IMG/VR virus record: IMGVR_UViG_3300033075_001761
DNA from: a virus
Lineage: Duplodnaviria; Heunggongvirae; Uroviricota; Caudoviricetes
Direction: 5' to 3' (one strand)
DNA length: 64,000 bases
The notes under the pieces are model-generated. The model did not search any database. It was given only the letters and a program-made list of their open reading frames with translations, and had not been told where the DNA came from. The position numbers and the translations under genes were made by a program. Shown one piece after another: positions 1 to 9,080 of the stretch (positions are counted from its first letter, which is position 1; every line of letters begins with the position of its first letter).

Positions 1-522
1 ACTCCTATTAAGACGCCAGCAGAAACGCCTATTCCAATCACTCCAGAGCCAGAACTAAATCCAAATAATATTGGTTTTAAATGCGCTACATGTAAGCCAA
101 ATGAGAAAACAAAATTGTTGGCGGCTCAAATAAAAGCAAACAAGATTGTTCAATCTCAATGCTTTAAAGATTTTATGATGAATTGGGGATTGATTTGGAC
201 AAACGGAAAAACTCCAGAAAAAGTTGTTGAACATTTAAGAACAACAAAGCTTACTGTACCTGTGCATTATTATGACGGTGATTGTAACGTTATTGGATAT
301 AGGCAACCGCCATACCATGACATTTATTTCAACCGTTGTTCTCATGATTTCTATAATTCATGTGATACGGCATCTAATGCTGTTCATGAGTGGAGCCATG
401 TTCTTGAGTATGATCATCCTTTTGAAAGAACAAACACAAGAGGTAAAACGGTTCCTTATGCAATTAACAATGCATTTGATCGATGTTGCTCTGAAGGAAA
501 TGGATTTAGGAACGATAATTAA
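1..522 (+). CDS. 5'-truncated ORF with an HEWSH (HExxH) motif. Possible zinc metallopeptidase-like secreted or host-interaction protein
   Basis: Frame 1 is open from base 1 to the stop at 520-522. HEWSH motif plus downstream Asp/His. Product call is motif-level only. Confidence 0.35.
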   Translation, partial: TPIKTPAETPIPITPEPELNPNNIGFKCATCKPNEKTKLLAAQIKANKIVQSQCFKDFMMNWGLIWTNGKTPEKVVEHLRTTKLTVPVHYYDGDCNVIGYRQPPYHDIYFNRCSHDFYNSCDTASNAVHEWSHVLEYDHPFERTNTRGKTVPYAINNAFDRCCSEGNGFRNDN

Positions 523-613
523 TTTTAATTACCAACATATTTTTGGCGTAGTTTAAAATTTGACCATCTATGCTTTTTCATTTTTAATGTCATTTCCATT
601 CTAGGAGGTTCAT

Positions 614-973
614 ATGGAAAAGTTAGGTGTTGAGAATTTGAAGATTGCAGTTGGCGGCGTTTCTTCTCTTGCTTCTGTGGCTATGAATGCGGCAAAGGGC
701 GGGTTTGGTGTTGAAGATCTTAAGTATCTTTACCAGCTTGCCACGATGTTTCCAGAGCTTTCCAAGCTTAAAGCAGGGCAAGTATTGCCAGAAGCAAAAG
801 ATCTTGATGCTTCTGAGATTAAGGAAATTGAGTCTGTTTTGAAATCTCACTTCGATCTTGAAGATGAGGCTTTGGAAGGAAAGATTGAGCAAATCGTTTC
901 TGTGGCTGGTAAGTTTGCAGGGCTTGTTCCTGAGCTTATTGCAATCGCAGAGTCGTTGAAGAAGAAAGCGTAA
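614..973 (+). CDS. hypothetical protein
   Basis: 119-aa ORF with a strong SD (ctAGGAGGttcatATG) 6 nt upstream. Confidence 0.5.
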   Translation: MEKLGVENLKIAVGGVSSLASVAMNAAKGGFGVEDLKYLYQLATMFPELSKLKAGQVLPEAKDLDASEIKEIESVLKSHFDLEDEALEGKIEQIVSVAGKFAGLVPELIAIAESLKKKA

Positions 974-1028
974 GCATTTATTTCATTGGCTGACCTAAAA
1001 GCGGTTGGCTTTTTTATTGGGAGTTTGT

Positions 1029-1391
1029 ATGAAATTTCTTTCTCTTTTTGCATGTTTGTTTTCTTTGAATGCCTTTGCGGCTGGATTGTCTCCTGAGGTT
1101 CGGTATCATTTGGGATACGGATACAATGAGATCAGCCGAGAACACGCTATGAAAAGCGCATTGTCTGCAAAGCTTCCTTTAGTCTTTGGTCTAGAGATTA
1201 AAGACAAGATTGGTTCGGAGTCTATTTTTAAAGATTGGGGTATTGAGTCCCATCTTTACAGGAATGAGGCTCGGATTGTTCATAAGATTAAAGAGCTAAA
1301 GATTGAAGCTGGAGCCAATCATACATGGATGCCAAAAACAAAAAAGCTTGGCGTAACTTGGGTTGGAGAGCTTGAATACCAGATTTGGTAA
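1029..1391 (+). CDS. small secreted protein (N-terminal signal peptide, C-terminal aromatic residue)
   Basis: ORF track 1005..1391. ATG at 1029 yields MKFLSLFACLFSLNAFAAG, a typical signal peptide. Ends ...YQIW. Confidence 0.45.
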   Translation: MKFLSLFACLFSLNAFAAGLSPEVRYHLGYGYNEISREHAMKSALSAKLPLVFGLEIKDKIGSESIFKDWGIESHLYRNEARIVHKIKELKIEAGANHTWMPKTKKLGVTWVGELEYQIW

Positions 1392-1427
1392 TCTGAATAC
1401 GAGATTTCGTAATTCGACAGATAAATC

Positions 1428-1468
1428 TTTTATGACTATATCCTATTTTTTATGACTATAGGGTATAG
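1428..1468. promoter_or_regulatory. direct repeats TTTTATGACTATA x2 (1428-1440, 1448-1460) plus inverted repeat ACTATA-GGG-TATAGT upstream of gene 1521
   Basis: Read directly from the sequence in the 130-bp gap upstream of ORF 1521. The related ATGACTA motif recurs at 32964. Confidence 0.3.
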
Positions 1469-1520
1469 TTTTTCTTTATTGCCATACCATAATCAAGTTT
1501 AGGCAAAACGGGAGGGCGCT

Positions 1521-1931
1521 ATGGCAATGAACCCAGCAGATGTTTCCGTTTCCGTAGAGTTGTACCAGCTTGTTGTTATGATTGTAGGTCTTGCTTTGAC
1601 GGCACTTGGCGGACTGGCCTTAGCCTGGTTGAACGGTATGAAAAAAACGATTGATAATTTTAGAGATAAACAAGACCAAGTTTTGCAGACTTTAGCAAAG
1701 CACGAAGTTCGTTTAAACAATATTGTGACTTCAAACAACCAAAGGGAAGAGAGTATTCTTCTATTGTACACAGAGAAGCTGTCTAAGCTAGAAAAAGAAA
1801 TTGAATACAGCCGTACGAATACAAAGCTTTCGATTGATCAGTTGGATGATAAATTCCAATCTATTTTCAAACAAGTTGAAAAGCTTCACGAGAGATTGGA
1901 AACTTATTACAAAGCAACGTTTTCTGAGTAG
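1521..1931 (+). CDS. membrane protein with one TM segment and a coiled-coil tail
   Basis: Hydrophobic stretch LVVMIVGLALTALGGLALAWL followed by charged heptad-like sequence. SD GGGAGGG upstream. Confidence 0.45.
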   Translation: MAMNPADVSVSVELYQLVVMIVGLALTALGGLALAWLNGMKKTIDNFRDKQDQVLQTLAKHEVRLNNIVTSNNQREESILLLYTEKLSKLEKEIEYSRTNTKLSIDQLDDKFQSIFKQVEKLHERLETYYKATFSE

Positions 1932-1942
1932 TTACCTTATTT

Positions 1943-1958
1943 GTCCAATCAATTAGAC
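1943..1958. repeat. 16-bp palindromic motif copy, GTCCAATCAATTAGAC (1 mismatch)
   Basis: 12 nt after the stop of gene 1521. Confidence 0.6.
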
Positions 1959-2043
1959 TTTTATTTGTTTTTGACTCATGTCCATAAAAAGACATTTTTA
2001 TAAGCGTACATTGTTGGCTGAGTAGCCAACAAAAGGAGACGCT

Positions 2044-2907
2044 ATGAGACTGTTCCTAGTTTTTTTTGTTTTGTTTCCATCCATGGCATTCGCCACGATC
2101 CTTCCTCCAAACAATCTCCATCTAGAAGATAATTTGTATGGATTTACAGGGATTGACCAAGAACAATTTAATGACGCGATTTCTAAAGCAGAGGAAGTTT
2201 ATAAGCCAATCGTAGAATCACACGGAGCTACTTTAAAGATCAATCGGCTTTGGACCAATGCAACCGTCAATGCATCTGCATATCAAAACGGACGCTCATG
2301 GATGGTTGATATGTTTGGAGGCTTAGCTAGGCGTCAAGAGATTTCTCCAGATGGATTTATGATGGTTATTGGGCACGAGATCGGGCATCACATTGCTGGA
2401 GTTGCTTTTTATGGCAATGCAGAATGGGCCAGTGCTGAAGGAGCTGCGGATTATTTTGCAACTCATTCCTTTGCAAAGATGATTTGGCAAAATGATTTGA
2501 TTGGCAACCAACAGGCAGCCCAATTTGTAGAGCAGATTCCTAAAGAAAAATGTGATGCCCAATGGGTAGAAGAGAAAGCAAGATTTCTTTGTTACAGGAC
2601 AGCAATGGCTGGAAAATCTTTGGCAACTTTGCTTGGAGCCTTGGGAGGACAGGTTCCAGATTTCGCAAGGCCATCTACAAGCGTTGTAACAAGAACATAT
2701 ACACCTCATCCTCATAGCCAATGTAGACTTGATACATACATGTCTGGAGCTTTGTGTAAAAAATCTTTTGACCCATTGGTGATCCCTGGACGTGGCAACA
2801 GGCAGCTAAGCCCTGAGGCAGAACAAGAGGCTTTTAGGTTTTCATGTAAACAATCTGAAGTCGGATTTAGGCCAAAGTGTTGGTACAAACAGCTTGAATC
2901 TAATTAA
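2044..2907 (+). CDS. secreted zinc metallopeptidase-like protein (HEIGHH motif)
   Basis: Signal peptide MRLFLVFFVLFPSMAFA, then HEIGHH (HExxH) with downstream Glu and GAADYFA. SD AAGGAG upstream. Confidence 0.5.
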   Translation: MRLFLVFFVLFPSMAFATILPPNNLHLEDNLYGFTGIDQEQFNDAISKAEEVYKPIVESHGATLKINRLWTNATVNASAYQNGRSWMVDMFGGLARRQEISPDGFMMVIGHEIGHHIAGVAFYGNAEWASAEGAADYFATHSFAKMIWQNDLIGNQQAAQFVEQIPKEKCDAQWVEEKARFLCYRTAMAGKSLATLLGALGGQVPDFARPSTSVVTRTYTPHPHSQCRLDTYMSGALCKKSFDPLVIPGRGNRQLSPEAEQEAFRFSCKQSEVGFRPKCWYKQLESN

Positions 2908-3000
2908 GTTCAAAGAAATCTTCGTCTAAAATCTGTTCTATTGAGAACGGATTTTTTTTTGGAAAACTCTTATATTCAATACAATTCATCGGAGATTTTT

Positions 3001-3972
3001 ATGTTTTCTTTGCCAATTCTTTCAACATGCGGAAATGCTTCTGTTTTTGCGATGGGTGCTTTAATATGCACTCAGCCAACACAAAACGCCTCTGTTAAAA
3101 TAAAAGTCCCTCCTACGGATGGACAATTTAGAGCTGTAGATTGCCAGAAAGATCTTACAGAAGACGGAACTCCAGATGACTTTAATTTTGAGAAATTCAG
3201 GAAGGGTTTTTGGCTTTGGAGAAAAACATTAGTTAAAATTTCCGAAACACCAAGTTTTTCTTTTTCAAATCCAAGAAATAACTGCCCAGTGATTGTTTCT
3301 GTGGCATCTAGAGATACAGGTACACAACAAGCCGCAATATTTTTTCAATCAAACCTTTCCTTGGACTTTCAGTACGAGTGTAATGGAGTCACTAAGGAGT
3401 CTTATCTTGCAGATCCAAATAGGGTTGGAAGCTTTGCTGGCTATTGCAGAAGCTTTGTTGGAACTGAGCATAAGCTTCGTGTGAAGCCGTTTAATCAAAA
3501 ATGGGTGCTTAATGCCGTTGGACCTAGCTGTAATTTTTTGTTTAAGACTTCGTGGGATATTCCTGGAGCAAGGCCAGAATTTACAGTGCCCGTTAAAGAC
3601 GGATTCTGCCCGATCTCTTTTGAACTTAAAGAATTGGTTAACGAAAAGGTTCAGATCAAAAAAGGATTCTTTGTAAGCGAAGGGCAATCGAGTTCTTATA
3701 AGCCGATTGATTCTGCAAACTTTGTAAAAGATGATGGGCAGATCAAAATAATTCCTCCTATGTTTGCAAATCTTATGTGGGCAAACGCTATCACTTCTGG
3801 TCAAGTCGTTTGGCAGGGTGATAAAAACAATGGTGTGATTGAAGTGAGTAGCGATAGATTCCTTATGAACACAAAGCTTTGCGCAGCGTCTTATTCAAAT
3901 GAACTTGGTAGCGAAAGCTTTGAATGCATCGATCCACAATCCATGAAAAGGATGCCTTATGAATTTCGATAA
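3001..3972 (+). CDS. cysteine-rich secreted protein
   Basis: ORF track 2941..3972 (TTG start). ATG at 3001 gives MFSLPILSTCGNASVFAMG, a signal-like N-terminus. About 14 Cys. Confidence 0.4.
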   Translation: MFSLPILSTCGNASVFAMGALICTQPTQNASVKIKVPPTDGQFRAVDCQKDLTEDGTPDDFNFEKFRKGFWLWRKTLVKISETPSFSFSNPRNNCPVIVSVASRDTGTQQAAIFFQSNLSLDFQYECNGVTKESYLADPNRVGSFAGYCRSFVGTEHKLRVKPFNQKWVLNAVGPSCNFLFKTSWDIPGARPEFTVPVKDGFCPISFELKELVNEKVQIKKGFFVSEGQSSSYKPIDSANFVKDDGQIKIIPPMFANLMWANAITSGQVVWQGDKNNGVIEVSSDRFLMNTKLCAASYSNELGSESFECIDPQSMKRMPYEFR

Positions 3973-4246
3973 TATTGTTCAGATGATCATGAAGTGGCTT
4001 AGTAGCGGGTCTGTTGGGATCTTTGGCGGAATTTTCGGTGTTTTTGGGCTTGGAATTGCTTATATGATCCTTAAAAAGAGGATTGTTGAGGCGGCGTCTA
4101 ATGCTAAGCTTAAAAAAGATGTAATTGATTCCATGAACGAGGCTCAAGAGATCGCAGTTCAAACATCAAAAGATATGAAAGAAGCTGAAGAAGTTCTAAG
4201 ATCGCAAGACAAAGAAGATGAGGCGATTTTAAGAGGCAAGAAGTAA
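3959..4246 (+). CDS. small single-TM membrane protein (holin-like topology)
   Basis: 95 aa. TM segment GIFGGIFGVFGLGIAYMIL followed by a highly charged C-terminus. Confidence 0.4.
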   Translation: MNFDNIVQMIMKWLSSGSVGIFGGIFGVFGLGIAYMILKKRIVEAASNAKLKKDVIDSMNEAQEIAVQTSKDMKEAEEVLRSQDKEDEAILRGKK

Positions 4247-4259
4247 GAGGGTATACGCT

Positions 4260-4553
4260 GTGTCCAGACCATACCAAGGAAGTAGACAGCCTAATAATAT
4301 TATCAACCTTCAGGTGCTTGAAGCGTTGCCAGATGTTCCTGTTATTATATCTGCAAACCAAGTGATTATTTTGATGCCAATATTTAGATTTTGCGAAGGA
4401 TCTACGCAGTATGTAGATGCGACTGGTGACTATGATTTGTGTATGAGTTTGGATGGGCTCTATTATCAACTTACAAATAGGACGGCATCTCTTTGTAAGT
4501 TTGCATACCGTTGGGTTCCTCCAACGATTATTCAAAGCCTTCGTAATTTGTAA
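4260..4553 (+). CDS. hypothetical protein (GTG start)
   Basis: 97-aa ORF. Start codon uncertain. Confidence 0.3.
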   Translation: MSRPYQGSRQPNNIINLQVLEALPDVPVIISANQVIILMPIFRFCEGSTQYVDATGDYDLCMSLDGLYYQLTNRTASLCKFAYRWVPPTIIQSLRNL

Positions 4554-4562
4554 GGAGAATTT

Positions 4563-5318
4563 ATGGGATTGTTAAGCCAGATTGGAAAACTTCTTACAGA
4601 CAACAAGCCAGTAACGGCGGCGATGTATTCTATGGACCCTGCTAGCGGTCAGGAAAAAGGAGATCCGTTTGTATTTCAATATTTCCCAGAAACTATTAAT
4701 GATACAAAATCTCCTAATTACGACATGAGAAATGCTCCTGGAGGCTCACATCCGATTATTCAATTTAAAGATGGAGGAACAAGAACGATTTCTTTTTCAG
4801 CAATTTTTACACAAGATAAAAAGCCAGAGGATGATTCTGGGCTTCTTGGAACTTTAGGTAATTTGCTTCAAGGAAATCTTTCTGTTTCTTTGACTGGAGA
4901 TGGAAAAGACACTGTTCTTATTGAAGATGCTATCGCTAAACTTAGGGCTTATACATACCCTCAGTACAAAGGCGGAGTTGCCATGGCTCCTCCTACTGTG
5001 CTTTTGTTTTTGCCATATAGCGGGATTGTTGGTCATCCAAATTTTAAAGATTCTATTACCGCAGTAATGACAGAGTGCGGAGTAAATTACTTGGCCTTTC
5101 ACAGATCTGGCCAACCAAGGATTGTGGAAGTTTCTTTGTCTTTTGTTGAAACAATACAAATTTCTAATAATTGGAAATATGTGAGTTACGATGATATTTC
5201 TACAAAAGTTAAAAATGATCTTGGCAAAGAATATTCTTTTAAATCTAATTTTGGTAAAGCGGCTCCAAGCAAATCTTCGCAATCAAAACAAAGCAATGTT
5301 ATTTCTTTGCCTCGATAA
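4563..5318 (+). CDS. putative virion structural protein (tail tube or baseplate-like FxFxYFPETI N-terminus)
   Basis: SD tAAGGAGaatttATG. The motif DPFVFQYFPETI ... IIQFKDGGTRTISFSAIF resembles contractile-tail tube or baseplate LysM-like proteins. This is a weak call. Confidence 0.45.
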   Translation: MGLLSQIGKLLTDNKPVTAAMYSMDPASGQEKGDPFVFQYFPETINDTKSPNYDMRNAPGGSHPIIQFKDGGTRTISFSAIFTQDKKPEDDSGLLGTLGNLLQGNLSVSLTGDGKDTVLIEDAIAKLRAYTYPQYKGGVAMAPPTVLLFLPYSGIVGHPNFKDSITAVMTECGVNYLAFHRSGQPRIVEVSLSFVETIQISNNWKYVSYDDISTKVKNDLGKEYSFKSNFGKAAPSKSSQSKQSNVISLPR

Positions 5319-5383
5319 TTTTTGAGAGTGCCTATTTAGAAGTCATGATAATACTGGTTTAGAAGTCATTAAAGGATTCGTTT

Positions 5384-5566
5384 ATGTTTACAATTGTTCT
5401 TCCAGAAGAGACTTTTAATATCGTAAAAAAAATTGCATCTCAAACTGGCAAGTCTTATGCGGATATTATTTCAATGGGCATTCAAAAACTTATTGAGCCC
5501 ATAAAAGAAGAAGAGAAGAAACATATTGGACGTGTGGCCAGATTTGGCAGTAAACAAAAAGAATAA
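5384..5566 (+). CDS. ribbon-helix-helix (CopG/Arc-like) DNA-binding protein
   Basis: 60 aa. An N-terminal beta-strand (FTIVLPEETF) followed by two helices, typical of RHH proteins. Confidence 0.4.
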   Translation: MFTIVLPEETFNIVKKIASQTGKSYADIISMGIQKLIEPIKEEEKKHIGRVARFGSKQKE

Positions 5567-5567
5567 A

Positions 5568-5583
5568 CTCTAATCAATTAGAC
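5568..5583. repeat. 16-bp palindromic motif copy, CTCTAATCAATTAGAC (1 mismatch)
   Basis: Starts 2 nt after the RHH gene stop. Confidence 0.6.
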
Positions 5584-5597
5584 TTTCTGTAAAGCTA

Positions 5598-6170
5598 TTG
5601 CAGGGGGTCTCTTTGGCCAAGAAAAGCAATTCTTATTATGGGCAGTTTGAAGAAGAGTTAAGCGAAGATAAGCTTGGAAAATCTAATAAAACTAAACAAA
5701 AGCAACAAACATATAAATCAGAACTTCTTTTGATTTGTGATTCAAAGAACATATTTGAGTCTAGTATTGTTTCGTCAATAAGAAAGCATTTTTCAAAAAC
5801 TCAACACGGTATGGTTCATGGCGAACCTTCATCTGGGTACTTAATTGGATTGGTGGTGAAGACACTTTCTCTAAAAAAGAAAGCGGTTTCTTTTGATTAC
5901 GTAATTAAAAAAAAGCATAGGGCAAAAACAAATACAGCATTGTTTATGATTCAAAACTCTTTGGCCAAAGAGTTTTTGATTCCATGCAAGGAGCATAAAG
6001 AGATTGAAAGCCCAGATTTTTATCCAGAGTTTGGGTCCGAAGAAATTCTTATAGAACTGACCGTTGGAGCCTACGGCAGATATTCCGACGATGATTTAAT
6101 CCAAATAGCGGACAGAATCGGATGTTCTATAGTAGAGTGTTTTGATAAATTCATTACAAGCTCTATTTAG
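5598..6170 (+). CDS. hypothetical protein
   Basis: 190-aa ORF. TTG start in the track, so the true start is uncertain. Confidence 0.35.
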   Translation: MQGVSLAKKSNSYYGQFEEELSEDKLGKSNKTKQKQQTYKSELLLICDSKNIFESSIVSSIRKHFSKTQHGMVHGEPSSGYLIGLVVKTLSLKKKAVSFDYVIKKKHRAKTNTALFMIQNSLAKEFLIPCKEHKEIESPDFYPEFGSEEILIELTVGAYGRYSDDDLIQIADRIGCSIVECFDKFITSSI

Positions 6171-6173
6171 GAT

Positions 6174-6443
6174 TTGAGTATGAAAAGCAAAATTGATATT
6201 GATCAAGGTTGGAAGAACTTTGCTAAGCAGTATTGCGAGTTCGAGGGCTATGATACGCAAACAAAACTCGATGTAATCGATATTATTTGCAAAGAAGCCA
6301 ATTCGATTTACAGACTTACGGATGTGTCTCATATTCAAATCAGAGCCGTAAAGCTACAAAAACTAGCAGAAATTTCTACTCACTGCCTAATAGATAAGCA
6401 CATAAATGCTAGACTTGCCTTTTTAAAGTGGTGTTTGACGTAA
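6174..6443 (+). CDS. hypothetical protein
   Basis: 89-aa ORF tightly packed after the previous gene. Confidence 0.4.
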   Translation: MSMKSKIDIDQGWKNFAKQYCEFEGYDTQTKLDVIDIICKEANSIYRLTDVSHIQIRAVKLQKLAEISTHCLIDKHINARLAFLKWCLT

Positions 6444-6453
6444 ACTAAAGCAG

Positions 6454-6822
6454 GTGGATTACATGACATTTACATCATGCCAAGCCTTAGGAACACGGCT
6501 TAGAAACATAGAACAGAATAGTGGAGGGTCTGTAAGTGGCTTTGATGAATTTTCTGTATTCCATGTTCTTCCAGATACCACGGTGGTTATTAAACAAAAT
6601 AGAGAAATGTTGGTTAGTCAGTTTATTGCTGTTGAAGGAACTTTAGAAGTCGATGGAATTTTGACTGTTATTCAAGAGAACCAACCTACTTATGGAATGA
6701 ATTTTGATTTTATAGGTTCAAGGCAAAGTTTAGAAATACCTGTTAATATGCAAATGCTAATAGACCATTCCTTGACCAATTTTGGTACCCTTACCGTAGC
6801 GGGTAGGCTTGTGGTTTTGTGA
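6454..6822 (+). CDS. hypothetical protein (possibly tail-fibre associated)
   Basis: 122-aa ORF immediately upstream of the tail-fibre gene. Confidence 0.4.
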   Translation: MDYMTFTSCQALGTRLRNIEQNSGGSVSGFDEFSVFHVLPDTTVVIKQNREMLVSQFIAVEGTLEVDGILTVIQENQPTYGMNFDFIGSRQSLEIPVNMQMLIDHSLTNFGTLTVAGRLVVL

Positions 6823-6829
6823 GGGAAAA

Positions 6830-7930
6830 ATGAGTCAAATTAAATTAAAAGAAGAGCTAGAAAGTACAATTGGCAATCCTCCGACAGGCCAGCAAACATT
6901 TTTTATTGACTTGGCAGATGGTCATTACAAAAAGAAAATGCCAGACGGGACTGTAATTGATTTTGAATCGGCAGCTAATTATTCAGATGAAAAAGCACAA
7001 GATGCTATCGGAGGAATTTTAGACGATACTGCGTCCGTTAAATTTACATATAACGATGGGCTACCAGAAATATCAGCAATCGTTCTTGCTTCTGGCGTAG
7101 ATCACGATTCATTAATGAACTTTGTTTCCGACGAACATATTGCTCACGCTTCTGTTTCTATCGCCGCTGGAAATGGTCTTGTAGGTGGAGGAAACATATC
7201 GGCATCAAGAACTATTTCTATGCCCGACGTAGGCGCTTCTGGTACGTACGGAAGCCCATCGGTTGTTCCTGTTATTACAACAGATGCCCAAGGAAGAGTG
7301 TCTTCTGTTACAAACACTCCAATTGTAATTGTCCCTAGCTCTGTGTCTGGATTTGACGAATCAGCGCAGGATGCAATTGCCAGTGCATTAACAGATTCAC
7401 CGTCTGTAGCATTTTCTTACAATGATATTTCAGATCAAATTAGTGCAAACGTTTTGGCTTCTGGCGTCAATCACAATACTTTGCAAAACTATTTGGCAAA
7501 CGAACATGTAAGCCATAGCGCAGTAAGCATACTTGCTGGGCCAGGGCTTGTTGGCGGAGGAGATCTGACGGCCTCTAGAACGCTTGAACTCCCAACATTA
7601 GGCGCTTCTGGTGTTTACGGATCTTCTGGAACGATCCCAGTTATTCAACTTGACTCTTACGGAAGGGTTGTGGCGGCTTCTTCTGAGGCAATTGGCGCAC
7701 AAACAATTCAATCTATTTCTGGAATCTCAGAACAGTATGGGTTTATCCAAGCTTCAGATAGTCTTTTACAAGCTTTAAGCAAACTTCAATATACTCAGTC
7801 TATCCAGAAGTATTTAGTAAATCAGGATGTGACAATTGAAGACGGAGAAACTTGGATAAGAGATAGAACCAAATTAGTAGGGACTGCTAAGGTAACTCTT
7901 GTTGGCTCTGCTAAGATGAAATTAATTTAA
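6830..7930 (+). CDS. tail fibre protein with two phage tail-fibre repeats (Phage_fiber_2-type)
   Basis: Two copies of the G.GL.GGG.L.ASRT..L...GASG.YGS......DAQGRV repeat (residues ~118-175 and ~233-290), as known from lambda Stf and P2 H side fibres. ATG at 6830 with GAGGGA SD. Track ORF 6809. Confidence 0.65.
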   Translation: MSQIKLKEELESTIGNPPTGQQTFFIDLADGHYKKKMPDGTVIDFESAANYSDEKAQDAIGGILDDTASVKFTYNDGLPEISAIVLASGVDHDSLMNFVSDEHIAHASVSIAAGNGLVGGGNISASRTISMPDVGASGTYGSPSVVPVITTDAQGRVSSVTNTPIVIVPSSVSGFDESAQDAIASALTDSPSVAFSYNDISDQISANVLASGVNHNTLQNYLANEHVSHSAVSILAGPGLVGGGDLTASRTLELPTLGASGVYGSSGTIPVIQLDSYGRVVAASSEAIGAQTIQSISGISEQYGFIQASDSLLQALSKLQYTQSIQKYLVNQDVTIEDGETWIRDRTKLVGTAKVTLVGSAKMKLI

Positions 7931-7942
7931 GGGAGATACGAC

Positions 7943-9079
7943 ATGGCTTTAGTTGAGTTTGATAACCAATCGGCATCAGGCATTGCCACTCCTGGTTCTG
8001 GTTATACTTCTGTGTTTGTTGATGCATCCGATAAAAAATTAAAAACAAAAGATGATACAGGAGCCGTTACTGATTATTCGGCGCCAGGAAATTCAATTAC
8101 GCAATTGACTGGAGAAGTGACTGCTGGACCTGGGCCTGGTTCTGTTGCTGCTACAGTTTCAAATGCGGCTGTAATCGGTAAAGTCCTGACTGGATATACT
8201 GTTCTCTCAGGAAACGTCTCTGCTACGGATACAATCTTGCAAGCGATTGGAAAGCTTTCTACGCGATCTGGAAACGCCATGTACGGAGCAGGAACGGATG
8301 GCGACCAAACAATCACAGTAGACACAACACTTGTAAAAGACATGTATTACAACAATCTTACAATTAATGCTGGAGCTACTGTATTTACAGCAGGGTACAG
8401 AATTACTGTATACGGAACGTTAACACTTCCTTCTGGCGCATTTATTAAGCGCGAAGGAAATAATGGGGTTCTAAGCGTTGCGGGAGCTGCACAAGCTGCT
8501 GGCACTCTTCCTGGATTTGTGGCTGGCGGAGCTGGGCAAACGGGCGCAGGAACCGCTGGTACGGCGGTTTCAAACGCATTTGGAGGTTCTGGAGGCGCAG
8601 GAGGAGCTGGCGTATCTGGAGGTGGAGGCGCTGGAGTTGCGACTGTTCCTGCCGCTACAGTCGGCGGAATTGATATTGCTTACAACGTGAATTTCGCTTC
8701 TGTGATGCAAGTTCTACCAGGAACTCTTGGAACTGGAGCTGGCGGAGGAGGCGGAGGAGGCGGAGCTGGCGTAGGATTCCCTGGAGGCGGAGGAGGAAGC
8801 GCAGGTGGCGTTGTTGTTATTCGTGCCCGTAGCATTGCCGGAGCTGGGACTGTTTCTGTTATCGGCGGAAACGGAGGCGCTGGCACGAGCGGAGGCGGAA
8901 ATACAGGAGGAGGCGGAGGAGGCGGAGGAGGAGTGATTGTTGTTATTAGCGACAACGACCCTTTGTTGACTACTACAATTACCTTCACTGTAACGGGAGG
9001 AATTGGCGGACCTGGAGGAGCTTCTGGTGCTTCTGGAGCAAATGGAGCCAATGGACGTACATTCTTCTTGAGGCCGTAA
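7943..9079 (+). CDS. glycine-rich tail fibre or spike-like protein
   Basis: Conserved fibre-like N-terminus (TPGSGYTSVFVDASDKKLKTKDDTGAV). The C-terminal half is G-rich runs alternating with short beta-strand segments (VVVIRARSI, VIVVISDND), suggesting a beta-helix. Confidence 0.55.
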   Translation: MALVEFDNQSASGIATPGSGYTSVFVDASDKKLKTKDDTGAVTDYSAPGNSITQLTGEVTAGPGPGSVAATVSNAAVIGKVLTGYTVLSGNVSATDTILQAIGKLSTRSGNAMYGAGTDGDQTITVDTTLVKDMYYNNLTINAGATVFTAGYRITVYGTLTLPSGAFIKREGNNGVLSVAGAAQAAGTLPGFVAGGAGQTGAGTAGTAVSNAFGGSGGAGGAGVSGGGGAGVATVPAATVGGIDIAYNVNFASVMQVLPGTLGTGAGGGGGGGGAGVGFPGGGGGSAGGVVVIRARSIAGAGTVSVIGGNGGAGTSGGGNTGGGGGGGGGVIVVISDNDPLLTTTITFTVTGGIGGPGGASGASGANGANGRTFFLRP

Positions 9080-9080
9080 T

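Noticed and set aside
2323-2721. 132-aa minus-strand ORF inside the metalloprotease gene, plus similar antisense ORFs (623..892, 3349..3804, 4110..4535, 4854..5282, 12817..13439, 15823..16371 and others)
   Set aside because: Each is fully nested antisense within a + strand gene that has homology or motif support. They lack SD sequences and show codon-bias artefacts.
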